The translations under genes were made by a program, and so were the position numbers. The notes under the pieces are model-generated. The model was not told the DNA's origin. It did no database searches and saw only the letters and a program-made list of their open reading frames with translations. This document shows positions 12,576-25,262 of a stretch of DNA of 64,000 nt, piece after piece (within the stretch, counting starts at the first letter, position 1; each line of letters begins with the position of its first letter). This stretch comes from Mobula hypostoma (Eukaryota), in assembly GCF_963921235.1 (NCBI RefSeq), contig NC_086100.1, positions 204,788,001 to 204,852,000 of the forward strand, given 5' to 3'.

Positions 12576-13995
12576 TGTTGTCATTTGTCATCTATATCAG
12601 TAATCTGGATGATAACATGGTTAACTGGATCAGCAAATTTGTGGATGACACCAAGATTGGTGGTGTAGTGGACAGCGAGGAAGACTATCATGTCTTGCAG
12701 TGCAATCTGGACCCGCCGGGAAAATGGTTTGAGAATTGGAAAATGGAATTTAATGCAGACAAGTGTGAGGTGTTGCACTTTGGTAAGACCAAGGTCTTAC
12801 ACAGTGACTGGTAGGACACTGAGAAGTGTTGTTGAAGAAAGGGATCTGGGCATACAGGTCTACAATTCACTGAAAGTGGTGTCACAGTTAGATAGGGACG
12901 GAAAGAAAGATTTCAGCCCATTGGCCTTCATGAACCAAAGTGTTGACAACCATAGATGGATGTTATGTTGACTTGTGTAAGACATTGGTGAGGCCTAATT
13001 TGGAGTATTGTGTGCAGTTTTGGTCACCTACCTACATGAAAGATGTAAAAGAGGTTGAAAGAGTTCAAAGAAAATTCACAAGGATGTTGCCAGGTCTGGA
13101 GGACTTGGGTTATAAGGAAAGATTGAACAGGTCAGGACTTTATTCCTTGGAACATAGAAGATTGAGGGGAGATTTGATTGTGATAGAGAGGTGATAGGGT
13201 AAATGCAAGCTGGCTTTCTCCACTGAGGCTGGGTGGGACTACAACCAGAGGCCATTGGTTAAGGGTGAAAGGTGAATCGTTAAGGGGAACATGAGGGGAA
13301 ACTTCTTCACACAGACAGTCATCCGGGTGTGGAATGAGCAGCCAGCACAACTGGTGCATGCGAGCTCTATTTCGGCATTAAAGAGGTTTGCATAGGTACC
13401 TGGATGGTAGGAGTATGGGAGTGGGCAGTTTAAATAGTTTAGCACAAACTAGTTGGCCCAAAGGGCCTGTTTCTGTGTTGTATTTTTCTGTGACTGTGAC
13501 AAGAACCTGAAATAATACTAATATTCACTTGAAGTCCTTTAAACAGCTGTGCGGACCACCAATTCACCTCAGAAGGAATTTTTTATATGGCGTTAAACTG
13601 TGGCACTTTAAATTAACAGTACATAAAAGAAAATCCTAGCTGCACGTTAACAAAGGCTATTTGTGTGAGACTGTTTCAGTTACTGTGGGGTCAGGCACCC
13701 TTGCAGCTCAGCAGAAACAGAGAATAATACCAATGGAGAGAGTCAAACTGAGCCAGGTCACAGATTGGAAATGGCAGAAATGCCCCATTCTTACAGAGCC
13801 GGGAACAGCATCAGAGAGTTTAATGGTCATTCCAGCTACCAGCTCTGTGCCCAGTTAGAAAATGATTTTTTCTGTCCAACTTGGGTTGAACCTCACGTTA
13901 ACAGTATGATACCAGATCACACCTTGACAACTCAAGTGATCACATTTGAAATGTTGTCCTTCACCCACTGATGGATTTTGTCTATCTTTTTACAG

Positions 13996-15660
13996 GTCAA
14001 AAACTAGAAGGAATTTGTCTCCGGGAATCTCGAACACGGCACACCAGTTTTGCTGTCTCTGTCGATATATTTAAAGAGTGGAGCAAGGGATTCAATCTAC
14101 GGTCCTTCCTGCTCAGACTGTGGGGAGGGATTCACTCGGTCATTTGACCAACTGGCATGCCCGTCATTTTACACAGGAGAAAGGCTCAGACATTGGGAAT
14201 GGATTCACTTGGTCATCTCAATTGAAGGTACATCAGCAAGTTCACACTGGGAAAGTCCATTCATCTTGTTCTGTGGGTGAGAAGGGAATCAGTCAGTCAT
14301 CCCACCTGTGGACTCACCAGTCAGTTCACACTGGGCAGAGGCTGGTCATCTGCTGAATTTGTGGGGAAGGATTCACTCGGTCATCTGAACAAATGGCTCA
14401 CCAGCGAGTTCACACCAGGGAGAAACTGTTCACCTGCTCAGAATGTGGGAAGGGATTCACTCAGGCATCTCATCTACAGAGACACCAGTCAGCTCACACT
14501 GCAGAGAGGGATTTCACCTGCTCAGACTGTGGGAAGAGATTCCCTCACTCTTCAACCCTACAGAGCCACCAGCGAGTTCACACTGGGGAGAAGCCGTTCA
14601 CCTGCCCGGTCTGTGGGAAGAGATTCACTCAGTCATCCACCCTACAGAGTCACCAGCGGGTTCACACTGGGGAGAAGCCATTCACCTGCTCAGAATGTGG
14701 GAAGAGATTCACTCAGTCATCCAACCTACACAGACACCAGCGAGTTCACACTGGGGAGAAGCCGTTCACCTGCTCAGACTGTGGGAAAGGATTCATTTTG
14801 TCATCTCACCTACTGACACACCAGTCAGTTCACACCGGGGAGAGGCCGTTCACCTGCTCAGTCTGTGGGAAGAGATTCACTCAGTCATCCAACCTACAGA
14901 GACACCAGCGAGTTCACACTGGGGAGAAGCCGTTCAACTGCTCAGTCTGTGGGAAGAGATTCACCCAGTCATCCACCCTACAGAGTCACCAGCGAGTTCA
15001 CACTGGGGAGAAGCCATTCACTTGTTCAGAATGTGGGAAGGGATTCACTCAGTCATCCACCCTACAGAGACACCAGCGAGTTCACACTGGGGAGAGGCTG
15101 ATCACCTGCTCAGACTGTGGAAAGTGATTCACTCGATCATCCGACCTAATGGCAAACTAGTCAGTTCACAGTGGGGAGCAGTGGTTCATCTGGTCAGAAT
15201 GTGGTCAGGGATTCACTTGGTCATCTGATCTGCTGGTACACCAGACAGTTCACACTGAGGAGAGGCCGTTCAGCTGCTCAGAATGTGTGAAGGGATTCAC
15301 TCGGTCATGTCAACTACTGGCACACAAGTCAGTTCACACAGGGGAGAGGCCGTTCACCTGCTGTGAATGTGGGAAGGGATTCACTCAGTAATGTAACCTT
15401 GTAACACACTACCGGGTTCACAATGGGAGAAAGTTTCAATAAGCTGCATGCTGGATATTTGTCCATCACTGTTGCTGAATGCAGTTTTGAGAGTGACAGT
15501 TGGTGCTGGACTCTGCAATTATTGGTGCTGCTCACCACACCCAGTTCTGCACCCGGGTCACTGGGCATGGGAGAAGTTTCTTCTGCTGCACATTCACCTT
15601 TTATGGGACTGGAGTTTAATATTCTGCATCTGAGACAAATAAATCAGTTCTATTTTGAAC
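13996..15660 (+). other. Large terminal exon of a C2H2 zinc-finger gene (copy 1), with degenerate fingers at both ends
   Basis: Acceptor-like TTTTTACAG|G at 13995/6, conserved in the paralog; 84-bp finger periodicity over about 14100-15420; AATAAA at 15638-15643. Confidence 0.6.
14393..15127 (+). CDS. Tandem C2H2 zinc-finger protein, 244 aa, 8 complete fingers, no KRAB/SCAN domain visible
   Basis: CxxC-x12-HxxxH units with HTGEKPF linkers; ninth finger cut by TGA. Confidence 0.8.
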   Translation: MAHQRVHTREKLFTCSECGKGFTQASHLQRHQSAHTAERDFTCSDCGKRFPHSSTLQSHQRVHTGEKPFTCPVCGKRFTQSSTLQSHQRVHTGEKPFTCSECGKRFTQSSNLHRHQRVHTGEKPFTCSDCGKGFILSSHLLTHQSVHTGERPFTCSVCGKRFTQSSNLQRHQRVHTGEKPFNCSVCGKRFTQSSTLQSHQRVHTGEKPFTCSECGKGFTQSSTLQRHQRVHTGERLITCSDCGK

Positions 15661-16249
15661 TCTGTCTCTGGTGCTTAGTGAATTTATTATACACCTAGTG
15701 TACAGTAGAGAGTCAACTCAGGTCGGTTGGACCCTGCCACTGATTCAGTTCCACGACAGTCCTTTTAAATCCTCGCCTGTTGTTCATTTCTCACTCTCCC
15801 TGTGGTGATGGGTTCCAAACAGTCACCACTCGGTGTGCGAAGGGGTTTCCCTTGAATTTTCTGCAGACTGACGAAGTCGATATGACTGCAGTTCTGTCTG
15901 AGATGTTCTTTGCCCCTCTAACCTCTGGGCTGAGGAAGAATGATATTGGGAGTTAACCTCCCTATTCAGGGCTCATTTCCACATTATGAGTCATTTTCCC
16001 TGCTTCTAAAGGGTTTTTGAAAACACCACTGTCCTCTAAAGACTGAAAGCAGAATGGGAAACCGTTAGTTGGATGTGAATGGAGCAGCATCAGAAATCAG
16101 AGGCGGTTCTGCACAGGGCAGAGTTTGGGGCTCTGGACGATGGTCGGGGTAAGAACGTATGATGAGGAGAAGGGAATCAGCAGTGGGGCATGGCAACGAA
16201 TGACAAGAGTAGCAATATTTGGAAGCTGATTGACACAGAAAAATAAGAG

Positions 16250-16775
16250 GAACGTGTGTGTTGGGAATGGTTATATTTATTGAGGGAGTTGTTCCTGCTT
16301 ATTTATCCTGTAACATCATATCCAGATGGTTATTATGGATTGTCCTATCTGTAATAATGTATTGATTATCATATAATTTGTAAGATTTTGACTCTAAAAC
16401 TGGCTCAGTCTTGAATTTGTGGTGCCTTTATGAAGTGATGGAGGTCATTCATCAGTTTGTATTTTAAAGCAATAATTTGTGGAAAGATACACAAAATGCT
16501 GGTGGAATGCAGCAGGCCAGGCAGCATCTATAGGAAGAGGTACAGTCAACGTTTCGGGCCGAGACCCTTCGTCAGTCCTGACGAATTGTCTCAGCCCAAA
16601 ACGTCTACTGTACCTCTTCCTATAGATGCTGCCTGGCCTGCTGCGTTCCACCAGCATTTTGTGTGTTGCTTGAAGTTACAGCATCTGCAGATTTCCTCGT
16701 ATTTGTTGGAAGATATTTGCCACTTGATTGTACCTGTGTAGGTAATCAGATTGAGTTAAACTGCTGCAGGATCCC
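16250..16775 (-). mobile_element. R4/Dong-like RLE non-LTR fragment (paralog of 42605-42915)
   Basis: Reverse complement aligns with the CCHC/RLE region at 42605-42915. Confidence 0.6.
16490..16700. mobile_element. Penelope pLTR inverted-repeat insertion (176-bp palindrome 16489-16664)
   Basis: Mirror arms ACACAAAATGCTGGTGGAA...TTCCACCAGCATTTTGTGT; imperfect 15-bp TSD ATTTGTGGAAAGATA / ATTTGTTGGAAGATA; absent from the paralogous site near 42675. Confidence 0.85.
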
Positions 16776-17938
16776 AGGGGTTTCAAGATGGTGGCGCAGT
16801 AAAAAGTCTGCTTTGCTGAGCTCAGCAGCGCTACACTGATAATTTCGCATATAAACCTATCCCTTTAAAGTTTTTTTTAAAATACCCAAGTGCTGGATTT
16901 AATAACATGAACATTGATGAGTTTTTTGAGCTGCTTCAACACCATGCCATCAAAAGGTACTGAAAAGGCGACCAAGATGGACTGCACAGAGTGCTCGCCC
17001 GGGGCTGAGGAGCGAGCTGCTGTTAGCTATGGTGGTACGCTGGACCCTGCTTTTCGTCAAGTAATTCAGGAAGTTATGGAGAACATATCCAAAATGATGG
17101 ATGAGAAGCTGGGTCCACTCTCTCTAACACTCCGGAACCACACACTGGAGCTTAAAAATATTGATACAAGAATGATGAGGACGAGGGCTGAGTCTCCGCG
17201 GTAGAGACTGTAGCCGATCAGGCCAAAAGCCGTATCCAGGCGCTGGAAAAGCAAGTTCAAAGCCTGTCTGACCATATCGATGATCTTGAGAATAGAGGTA
17301 GGAGAAATAACATATGGAAAAAATCAAGGAAATTAGGCAGCCAGCCAGTGAAGTTTTTTGAGGGCTGGCTGCCTAATTTCCTTGAGTTGGAAACAAAGGC
17401 TGGACGCATCAAAGTTGAAAGAGCTCATTGTACGCTGGCTCCAAAAACCGGGCCCAGACCAACACCCATGACCCGTCCTCGTCTGGTTCCATAATTTCCG
17501 TGACAAGCAAACAGTGATCGAGGCTTTGAGATGCCATGGGACTGATGCCCAGGCTTTAGTGGAGGGATCCAAGCTTATGTTTTTTCAAGATTTTTCGGCA
17601 GCCATTGTTGGGAAGCACAAGGGATTTGACCAGATAAAGAAATGGCAGTACTTTATAAGCATATAACAATATTACAATTACAGCACGGAAACAGGCCATC
17701 TCGGCCCTTCTAGTCCGTGCCAAACTGCTATATCTGAATTACTTTATGCTACACCCAGTGGTGCTAGAAGTCACCTACAACGGGACCACCAAGATATTTG
17801 AATCTCCTGACAAAGCTAAGACTTTTGTAGACATGTTGGGCTAAAGAATGTATATATTGTGTAGCCCTGGTTATGGACGATAACTTGCTCGATGGTCGCT
17901 TTATTTTACCTTTTAATTACTCAATGGCAAGATATCTT

Positions 17939-19020
17939 TGTCATAACGGGGGCACTGGGAGCAGACCCAATTTCAAGACAGACTAGGAGCTGTGACAGGA
18001 ATACAGATTTGGGCTAGGACTTTGGCAAGGAAAGCAGGACCAGGACAAGGAACTAGGAACTAGGAGCCTGGGCTAGGACTCCGAGCCAGAGACTGGACAG
18101 GGGCCCAGAACCTGGGTCTTGTCTCTGGCTTGGACTCCGGATCTAGTTGAAGACAAGGTGTGGCTACAGGACTGGATGTGGAACTCCTGCACAGGACAAG
18201 GCACATGGACAGGACAAGAACACGAAGCCCTGACTTGGCCGAGGGAGAACAGGAATGCAGAGCCTTGGTCAAGAGAGAGGAGGAACATGGAAAACGGAGT
18301 CTTGTACTTGGGAGACAGGAACGCAGAACACAGAGTTTTAGTCTTGGGAGACAGAAGCGCAGAGGTTTGGTCTTGAAGGAGACAGGAACATGGTACACAG
18401 AGCTGGGACCCCTCCTTGGTAGAGGTAGGGCTGGGACTCATACACAGAGTGCTGAACACGACGAGACGGTTCGCAACACAAGGTAGTGGCAAATGGCCGG
18501 ACCTACCTAGCGAAGGCATGGACACAGAGACAGTTCACAGCACTAGGTAGTGGCAAACAGCCGGACCTACCTAGCGAAGGCGTGGACACAGAGACAGTTC
18601 CCAACTCAAGATAGCGGCAAACGGCTGGATCTACTTAGTGAAGGCGTGGACACAGAGACAGTTCTCAGCTCAAGGTAGCAGTAAACGGCTGGACCTACCT
18701 AGCGAAGGCGAGTACACAAAGAGACAGTTCCAGAAAACGGAAGACAGTTCCTTATTTAGATACAGCAAGGCTCCGGTCTTGTCCTGGCGGTTAAACCTGA
18801 GGGCGTTACAGGCGAAGGTAGCAGGTGAGGCTTTAGAAGGAAGGGGAAGGGGAGGGAACAGTCCAACAACTGAAGCTGAACCCAGGAGCTGTTTATGTAG
18901 CCGGCCCAAAATGAGAATCATGTGCCTCAATTAAGGCACATGCAGGACAAGGGAAAGCCGGAAAACCTGGAATAAGGATCGATGAACCGGAATGCTGACT
19001 TCACTGACCAGACCATGACA
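17939..19020. mobile_element. Solo LTR (Gypsy-type), 1082 bp
   Basis: Termini TGTCAT...ATGACA; 5-bp TSD ATCTT (17934-17938, 19021-19025); no coding sequence. Confidence 0.92.
18481..18735. repeat. Four tandem ~64-bp units inside the solo LTR
   Basis: GGACCTACCTAGCGAAGGC.TGGACACAGAGACAGTTC repeated from about 18481, 18545, 18608 and 18672. Confidence 0.85.
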
Positions 19021-19850
19021 ATCTTATAGGGTGGGTAACGTATTTGTTTTGATTAATATAGTTTCATTATTTGTTTAATTAGCGGTGCTGCTCCAGCCTG
19101 AAGGAGCATTAAACATGATGGTAACAAATCGGTGGATTGATAAATTAAGCCCTGTTTTCATTTTTGACTACGTTAAATGCCATATTGGCAGTGGGGCAGA
19201 ATATGGGGTGCTAGAAGGTTCAGATATCCCCTTTAAGTGTGGGGTAAGTCCTCTTGTTCAGCGCTGTTGACGCCTTGTTTTTTTGGTGTTTTATAAATTC
19301 ACTTCTTGCTGTTCAGCTGATCTTAAGTCGGGTTTCTTCTCTTCCGGAGTCAAATGATTGTTATAAAGTATTATGACCAGTAATATATTAAAATTGTGCA
19401 CTTGGAACATTAAGGGGAGTCATTCACCAATTAAGAGAAAAAAAATCCTCCTAAACCTGAAAAAGGAAAGGGTGGACATAGCCTTATTGCAGGAGACACA
19501 TTTTAAATGATAAAAAACATCTAAAACTGCAACAGAGTGGATTTCATCAGGTCTATTTTTCATTCTTTAATACCAGGAGTAGAGGGGTGGCCATTTTAAT
19601 TTGGAAGAACTTATCTTTTAAGTTATTAGACTGTATTAAGGATAAGTATGGGAGATTTGTGATTGTTAAGGCTTCAATATATGGAGAGGAATGTGATCAG
19701 CTCATGATACAATGGTGGAGCAGACTCGATGGGCTGAATGGCCGACTTCTCCTCCTTTGTCTTATGGTCTTATGGTATTCTTAATGTTTACTGCCCTCCA
19801 GCTCATCCTCTCAAATTCCTAATGGACGCTTTTTCCCAAACGTTCTAGAA

Positions 19851-22065
19851 ATTTTCTAGAATTTTTGAATTTGGGACTTGGCTGAAATAATGTTGGGTTT
19901 AAAATGAGTTTCAGATCAATCATCCATTAAGTTTTTATCAAGATCAGACTCATTATTGATGACAACAGTCATAGTAGCAGCTTCTCTTCATAATACGGTA
20001 TCATATTTATATGACACAGATGTGCTGGCTTTCTTCGATCTGGGGTTTTTATCACATAATCCATATCATTTACCTTAGATTTAATCTCATAAGGACCATG
20101 AAATTTAGTTTTTAGTGGGTTCGTTTGCACTGGGAAAAGAACCAACTCCTTAACCCCAGGCTTAAATAACCTCATTCTAGCTTCCTTACCATACCAAGTC
20201 TTCATCTCCCCTTGAGCTAATTTTAAAAATTTCCTTTGCCAAACTACAAGCTTTATATAATCTTTCTTTAAATTTTAAAACATAATCTAGCAAATTAGTG
20301 TGTACCTCTTTATTAATCCACTGTACCTTCAACAAGGCCAAAGGTCCTCGAACTCTATGCCCAAACACAAGTTCAGAAGGACTAAAACCTAATGATTCCT
20401 GTACTGCCTCTAGTACTGCAAAAAGTAGTGAATGTCCACCTTCATCCCAGTCCTTTTCATTTTCCACACAATATTTCCTAATCATAGTTTTTAATGTAGA
20501 ATGAAATCTCTCCAAGGCTCCTTGTGATTCTGGATGATAGGCTGATGAGATAATCCGTTTTGTTCCCAGTTTATAAACTATCTGCTGAAACAATCCAGGC
20601 ATAAGATTACTGCCTTGTTCCGATTGTATTTCCTTAGGCAACCCAAAATAAGTAAAGAATTTTATAAGACCCTTTGTCACAGTTTTGGCTGTTACATTCC
20701 TAAGAGGTACTGCCTCTGAAAACCTAGACGCTGTGCACATAATAGTTAATAAATATTGATGTCCAGTTTTAGTTTTTGGCAAAGGACCTACACAGTCTAT
20801 AATGATTTTTGAGAACGGCTCACCAAATACTGGAATTGGTGGCAGTGGGGCCACTGGAGTAATCTGATTAAGTTTACCCACAATTTGACATGTATGACAC
20901 ATTCTACAAAATGTCGCCACATCGTTTCTTAAACTAGGCCAATAAAAATGTTTAGAAACCTTGTTCATGGTTTTCTTTACCCCTAAATGACTACCCAAAG
21001 GAATACTATGAGCCATAGTTAAAATCTCATTTCGATAAATTTTAGGAACGACTACCTGTTGATTAACTTCCCATTCCTCACTAGCAGGAATTATAGGCGA
21101 TCTCCTCTTTCTCATTAATACTCCCTTTTCAAAATAATATCCTACTGGTACTTTTTCAGTTTCACTATCTGGAACAGCTTGCTCGTTTTATTTAACTATC
21201 TCAGGATCTCTACCCTGCTCTGCTATCATCTCCTTCCAAGATAAAGACAAATCTTCCTGGTCAGACTTACTACCAAAATCCTGATCAAATAATGTAGGTA
21301 CAAAAGTTTCTGATACATCCTCAAAATTCGAATCTTGAGTTGAACTGTCATGGGTAGCAACCTCATCCTGGACATCAGTCTTTTTAGCCATAGCTCTTGT
21401 TACAACACAGGAAGAATCTGTGTTAGAATCCCTCTGTGGTTCCTCAGAATTAGGATTTATTGTCAAATGCACTTCAGGAAAAACTTGTCCACCTGCTGAA
21501 TCATTCCCTGAGAAAAGAGAAACATCATTCGCAGGTAAACTGGATTGTAGTCCTACTCTAACAACCCCTGTAACTAATCCTGACCTTAAATTTACTCTAT
21601 GTAAATGTACTGGTATATGGGCACTCCCAACTCCTCATATAATTTACCTTACTAATGTCAGACTCATCACTAAGCTTTAGCACACTGTCTAAGATTAGTA
21701 ATTGAGAAGCTCCGGTATCTCTAAGTACTCTTATTGGTACTGAATTGGACCCTTCTTTCAAGGATACAAATCCTTCTGTTATAAAAGTTTCATATCCCAT
21801 TTTAACTTGGTCAGACTCTGACAAATCTTCATTAGTATTTATCAAACTCTGTGAATTTACAGGTGTTTCAATATGCTGCACACAAGCATCTGGGACGGCT
21901 TCCTTCTCTTTCTTTTTCAATCGAAAGCAGTTAGCTATTACATGTCCAGGTTTCTTACAATAATTACAAATAATACCAAAATGTCTTTCCTGCACATGTC
22001 TCCCTTTATCCTTACTTTTCTCACTAACTTCAGATTTAATTTCTGGTTTACCTTTGAACAGCTTT
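19851..22065 (-). mobile_element. Gmr1-like Gypsy fragment A (gag knuckle, protease, integrase)
   Basis: CNYCKKPGHVIANC, LRDTGAS, integrase HHCC + IIDCVGPL + QGALERFH, GPY motif; integrase directly follows protease. Confidence 0.88.
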
Positions 22066-23300
22066 GGGTTCAGCTGTAATCCGTCCTTTTTGTACATGCC
22101 GTATCTCCCCCGAAAATGCCCCAAGGATCCAGGAACCTGAAACCCTGCCCCTACACCAGTCTCTCAGTCACACAATAGTATGCCTGATCATGGTATTCTT
22201 GCGCTCATTAGCAAGTGGCACAGGCAGCAACCCTGAGATTACTACCCTGGAGGTCCTGCTTTTCAGCTTCCTACTTAACTCCCGAATTCTCTCTTCAGGA
22301 CCTCTTCTCTTTTTCTACCTATGTGATTGGTACCGATGTGTACCACGACTTCTGGCTGTTCACCCTCTCCCTTCAGAATACTCTGCTCCCGATCCGAGAC
22401 ATCCCGTGCCCTGGCACCTGGGAGGCAACACAACATGCGGGTATCTTGATCAGGCTGACAGAACCTCCTGTCCGTTCCCCTCTCTATGGGATCCTCTATG
22501 ACTACCACATTCCTCATCTTCCTCTTTCCCTTCTGCACCACGGAACCAGACTCAGTGCCAGAGACCGGATCGCTGTGGCCTTCCTCTGTCAGGTGATCCC
22601 CCTCAACAGCATCCAAAACGAGATAACAGTTACTGAGCGGGATGGCCACAAGGGTGCTCTCTACTCTCTGAGCTCTTCCCATCCCTTCCCTGACAGTCAT
22701 CCATTTATCTAACTTAGGGTGACTAACTCCTTGTAGCTCCTATCTGTCTCCTGCTCCCATTCCATTATAAGCTGTAGGTCATCAAGGCGCAGCTCCAGAT
22801 CCCTAACATGTTGAACCTATGTTTGATTTTGAGAAAAGATGGGGTTCATTTGCTCGTTATTATCATTTGAGTTAATTGATGGACTCTCCATGATCTAATT
22901 GTAAATTTTTTTTGGTACTTTCTGTTTTGCTGGCGGCTTGATGTTTATCTTTAGAAGCTTTACGTATGGTGCATGGCTCTGGGGTTGAACACCTAATGGG
23001 ATTTTTCTTTTTTCCTACTTTTCTTGCTTAGCAAGGTTTTTTTTTCCATCACAAATTTTTTTTCAATCTTTATAAAATATTTTTTTCTTGAGACATTGTA
23101 AGTATTGTGTACTTCGATCTACTCGTGTTTATTTTGAAAAAAAAAGATTTGAAAAACAGATCCCTAACACAGTCTCTCAGAAGCTGTACCTGGCGCAGGT
23201 ATGGCCATCTGGAAGATTGGAAGACTCCCAGGATTCCCACATCTGACAACCAGAGTAAAGTACTAACCCTACAGACCTGCTCTGGCACGTTTATATTCTC
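22065..23300 (-). mobile_element. CR1 ORF1 (esterase) fragment
   Basis: ORF 22275..22700 CCLPGARARDV, VVVHIGTN; DGLQLN at the junction. Confidence 0.8.
22809..23156 (+). mobile_element. 5'-truncated L1/Tx1-type 3' end
   Basis: 13-bp TSD CAGATCCCTAACA (22796-22808, 23157-23169); FEKRWGSF C-terminal motif, T-rich UTR, A-rich tail. Confidence 0.85.
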
Positions 23301-23414
23301 AGTAGACATGTTCACTGCTGAATCGTCTGGAGGAGCGAACGAGATGTGAGATGTCCAAATCTGATGATAACACAGAAATAGAGGAAGGAAATCTAATGAG
23401 GACGTTGTCATTCT

Positions 23415-25262
23415 GTATCAAGTCGTTAAAAAGACAGATTGTATTTTGGCCTTCACCACATAGGGAGTGGAGATTATGAAATGGGCCGGTGTAGCTACCA
23501 TTGTACAGGGTGTTAGTGAGGCCACACCTATAGTTTTAATCTCCAAGCAGAAAGAAATCTTAAGAGTATCTGTGGAGCCAGTCAGAGCAATTTTACCAGT
23601 GTGATGCATGGGATGATTTACCAGCAGAGGTGAGATGATTTGGTCCTGAATTTAGAACATATTCACAAATGATAGGGTATTTGTGGAGCATCTTGAGAGA
23701 GCATCTCTTCTCGTCAGTTAGTGAGTGGCAGAGAGGGGTCGATAAGGGATGCCTATTTCAAATGGAGATGTGTGAAAATTCCTGGAAATTTCTGTACCTT
23801 CTATATAATTTCCTTTGTGATCAATGAGGTATCTATCTATTTGAGTGTACAATCTTTGAGATTCACTACCACGAGGGTGCAAAGGCCGGTTGGCTGAATA
23901 TTTTTGAGGTGGAGATAATTAATTAAGAGGAACGAGGAGAATGGGCACAGGAGCTTAGATCATTCACAGTCGTGTTGAATAATCATACGATCATAAGACA
24001 CAGTGGAAGAATTTCTGCTGATCTCTGTTGTAAATGGAGGCCCCTCTGTTCTGAGGGAGTGTTCCCCTGGTCCCCGACTACAGGAAAAATCCAGTCCACA
24101 GGCACTTTTTCTTGGCTTTTCGGTATTCAAGAGCCTCCCTCATTTTTCATTAAACACTATTGGATACCGTGTCAGCTTCGGAATCATTTTTATGAACCTC
24201 CTCTGGACTCTGTCCAATTCCAGCATAATTTTCCTGAGATGAGTCCCTACACTGCTCATAATAGTCCGCGTGGTTTAACCAATGCCTGATAACATCTCAA
24301 CATTATATCCTTACGAATAGTCCTCCCGTAATGAATGGCAACATATTTACATAACTTTAAAGATGAATAGCCAGATTGGATAGTAGAAGGAAAGGCGATG
24401 GGCAGTGTTTTTTTTTACTGGAAGGAGAAATCGATATTCATGCCTTCAGTTTGGAGCTATGCAGGTGGAATACGAGGTGTTTCTCTTCAACCCTGAAGCT
24501 GCGAAGTTCAGCATCTCCAGCCATTGCAATTCTGCCACCATCCCTGCTAGTGTCCCCTTCCAATCAACTTTGGTGAGCTCTTCTCCCATGCCTCCGTAGT
24601 TCCCCTCATTCCACTAATAATGATGCATCTTGTTGTACCTTTCCCCTCTCAAAGTGCAGGGCGAATTCTAACATGTCATGATCACTGTATCCACATGTTT
24701 CCTTTACCAAAAGCTCCTTAATCAAATTTGGTTCATTACGCAGCACCCAATCTAGAATTAACTTTCCCTAGTGGACACAATTACATGCTGTTCTAAAAGC
24801 ATCTCGTTGGTATTTTCCAAATTCCCTCTCTTGACATCAAGCACCGACATGAATTTCATGATCTACCTCCACCCATACCGCTCATGAACTGTTTGTCCCA
24901 CTCCCATCGGGGCGGGGGGTGGTAGGGGTAGACTACGCAGCCTCCTCACCAGAACCACCAGCCTTTGGGACAGCTACTTTTCCCAAGCATAAAGGCTGAT
25001 AAATATCTCTACCCACTAACCCAACCTTCCACACCACCACACACCTCTCTTTTATAATTTCCTGTCTATCAGCTTATGGGCAGAATCCTCTGCCGATCGT
25101 CGCTTTATGGACATTCAATCAATCCGTGCACAGTACATACGCTCTGAATATATGTTTTTGCTATTGCGTTTTTGTGCTGCATTGCAGCCGGAGTAATAAT
25201 TATTTCGATCTCATTCACATTTGTCTGCTGGAAATGGAACTGAATAACCTTGAATCTTGAAT
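23415..25262. mobile_element. Very old CR1, Penelope and Rex1/L2 fragments
   Basis: Weak CR1 3' similarity, Penelope-like piece near 24400-24500, TTGAATCTTGAA tail near 25250. Confidence 0.5.

Larger units (their letters stand above)
10935..13500 (+). mobile_element. Degenerate CR1, interrupted by a Penelope-like element
   Basis: QHGFVHGRSCLT, FVDDTKIGG, LVRPNLEYCVQFWSP motifs; CR1 3' end near 13490. Confidence 0.8.
16777..19845 (+). mobile_element. L1-clade LINE, 5' half (ORF1 + start of ORF2 endonuclease), degenerate
   Basis: CAAGATGG at the 5' end; ORF1 motifs DDLENRGRRNNI, KVERAH, FFQDFSA; ORF2 from ATG 19373 MTSNILKLCTWNIKG...DIALLQETH; small CR1-tail inserts near 17660-17730 and 19692-19775. 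Confidence 0.85.

Noticed and set aside
14393..15127. Idea that the QSSNL/QSSTL fingers bind CR1 ATAGAA tails
   Set aside because: Recognition-code prediction by eye is too degenerate
14277..15228. Long ORFs in the other two frames over the zinc-finger array
   Set aside because: Shadow frames expected from 84-bp finger repeats
18481..18735. Regularly spaced repeats resembling a CRISPR array
   Set aside because: Contiguous tandem units without unique spacers, inside an LTR, in eukaryotic DNA with no cas genes
21597..22124. ORF fusing CR1 ORF1 (DGLQLNPK) to a Gypsy gag knuckle and protease
   Set aside because: Chance deletion junction between decayed elements; surrounding frames are broken
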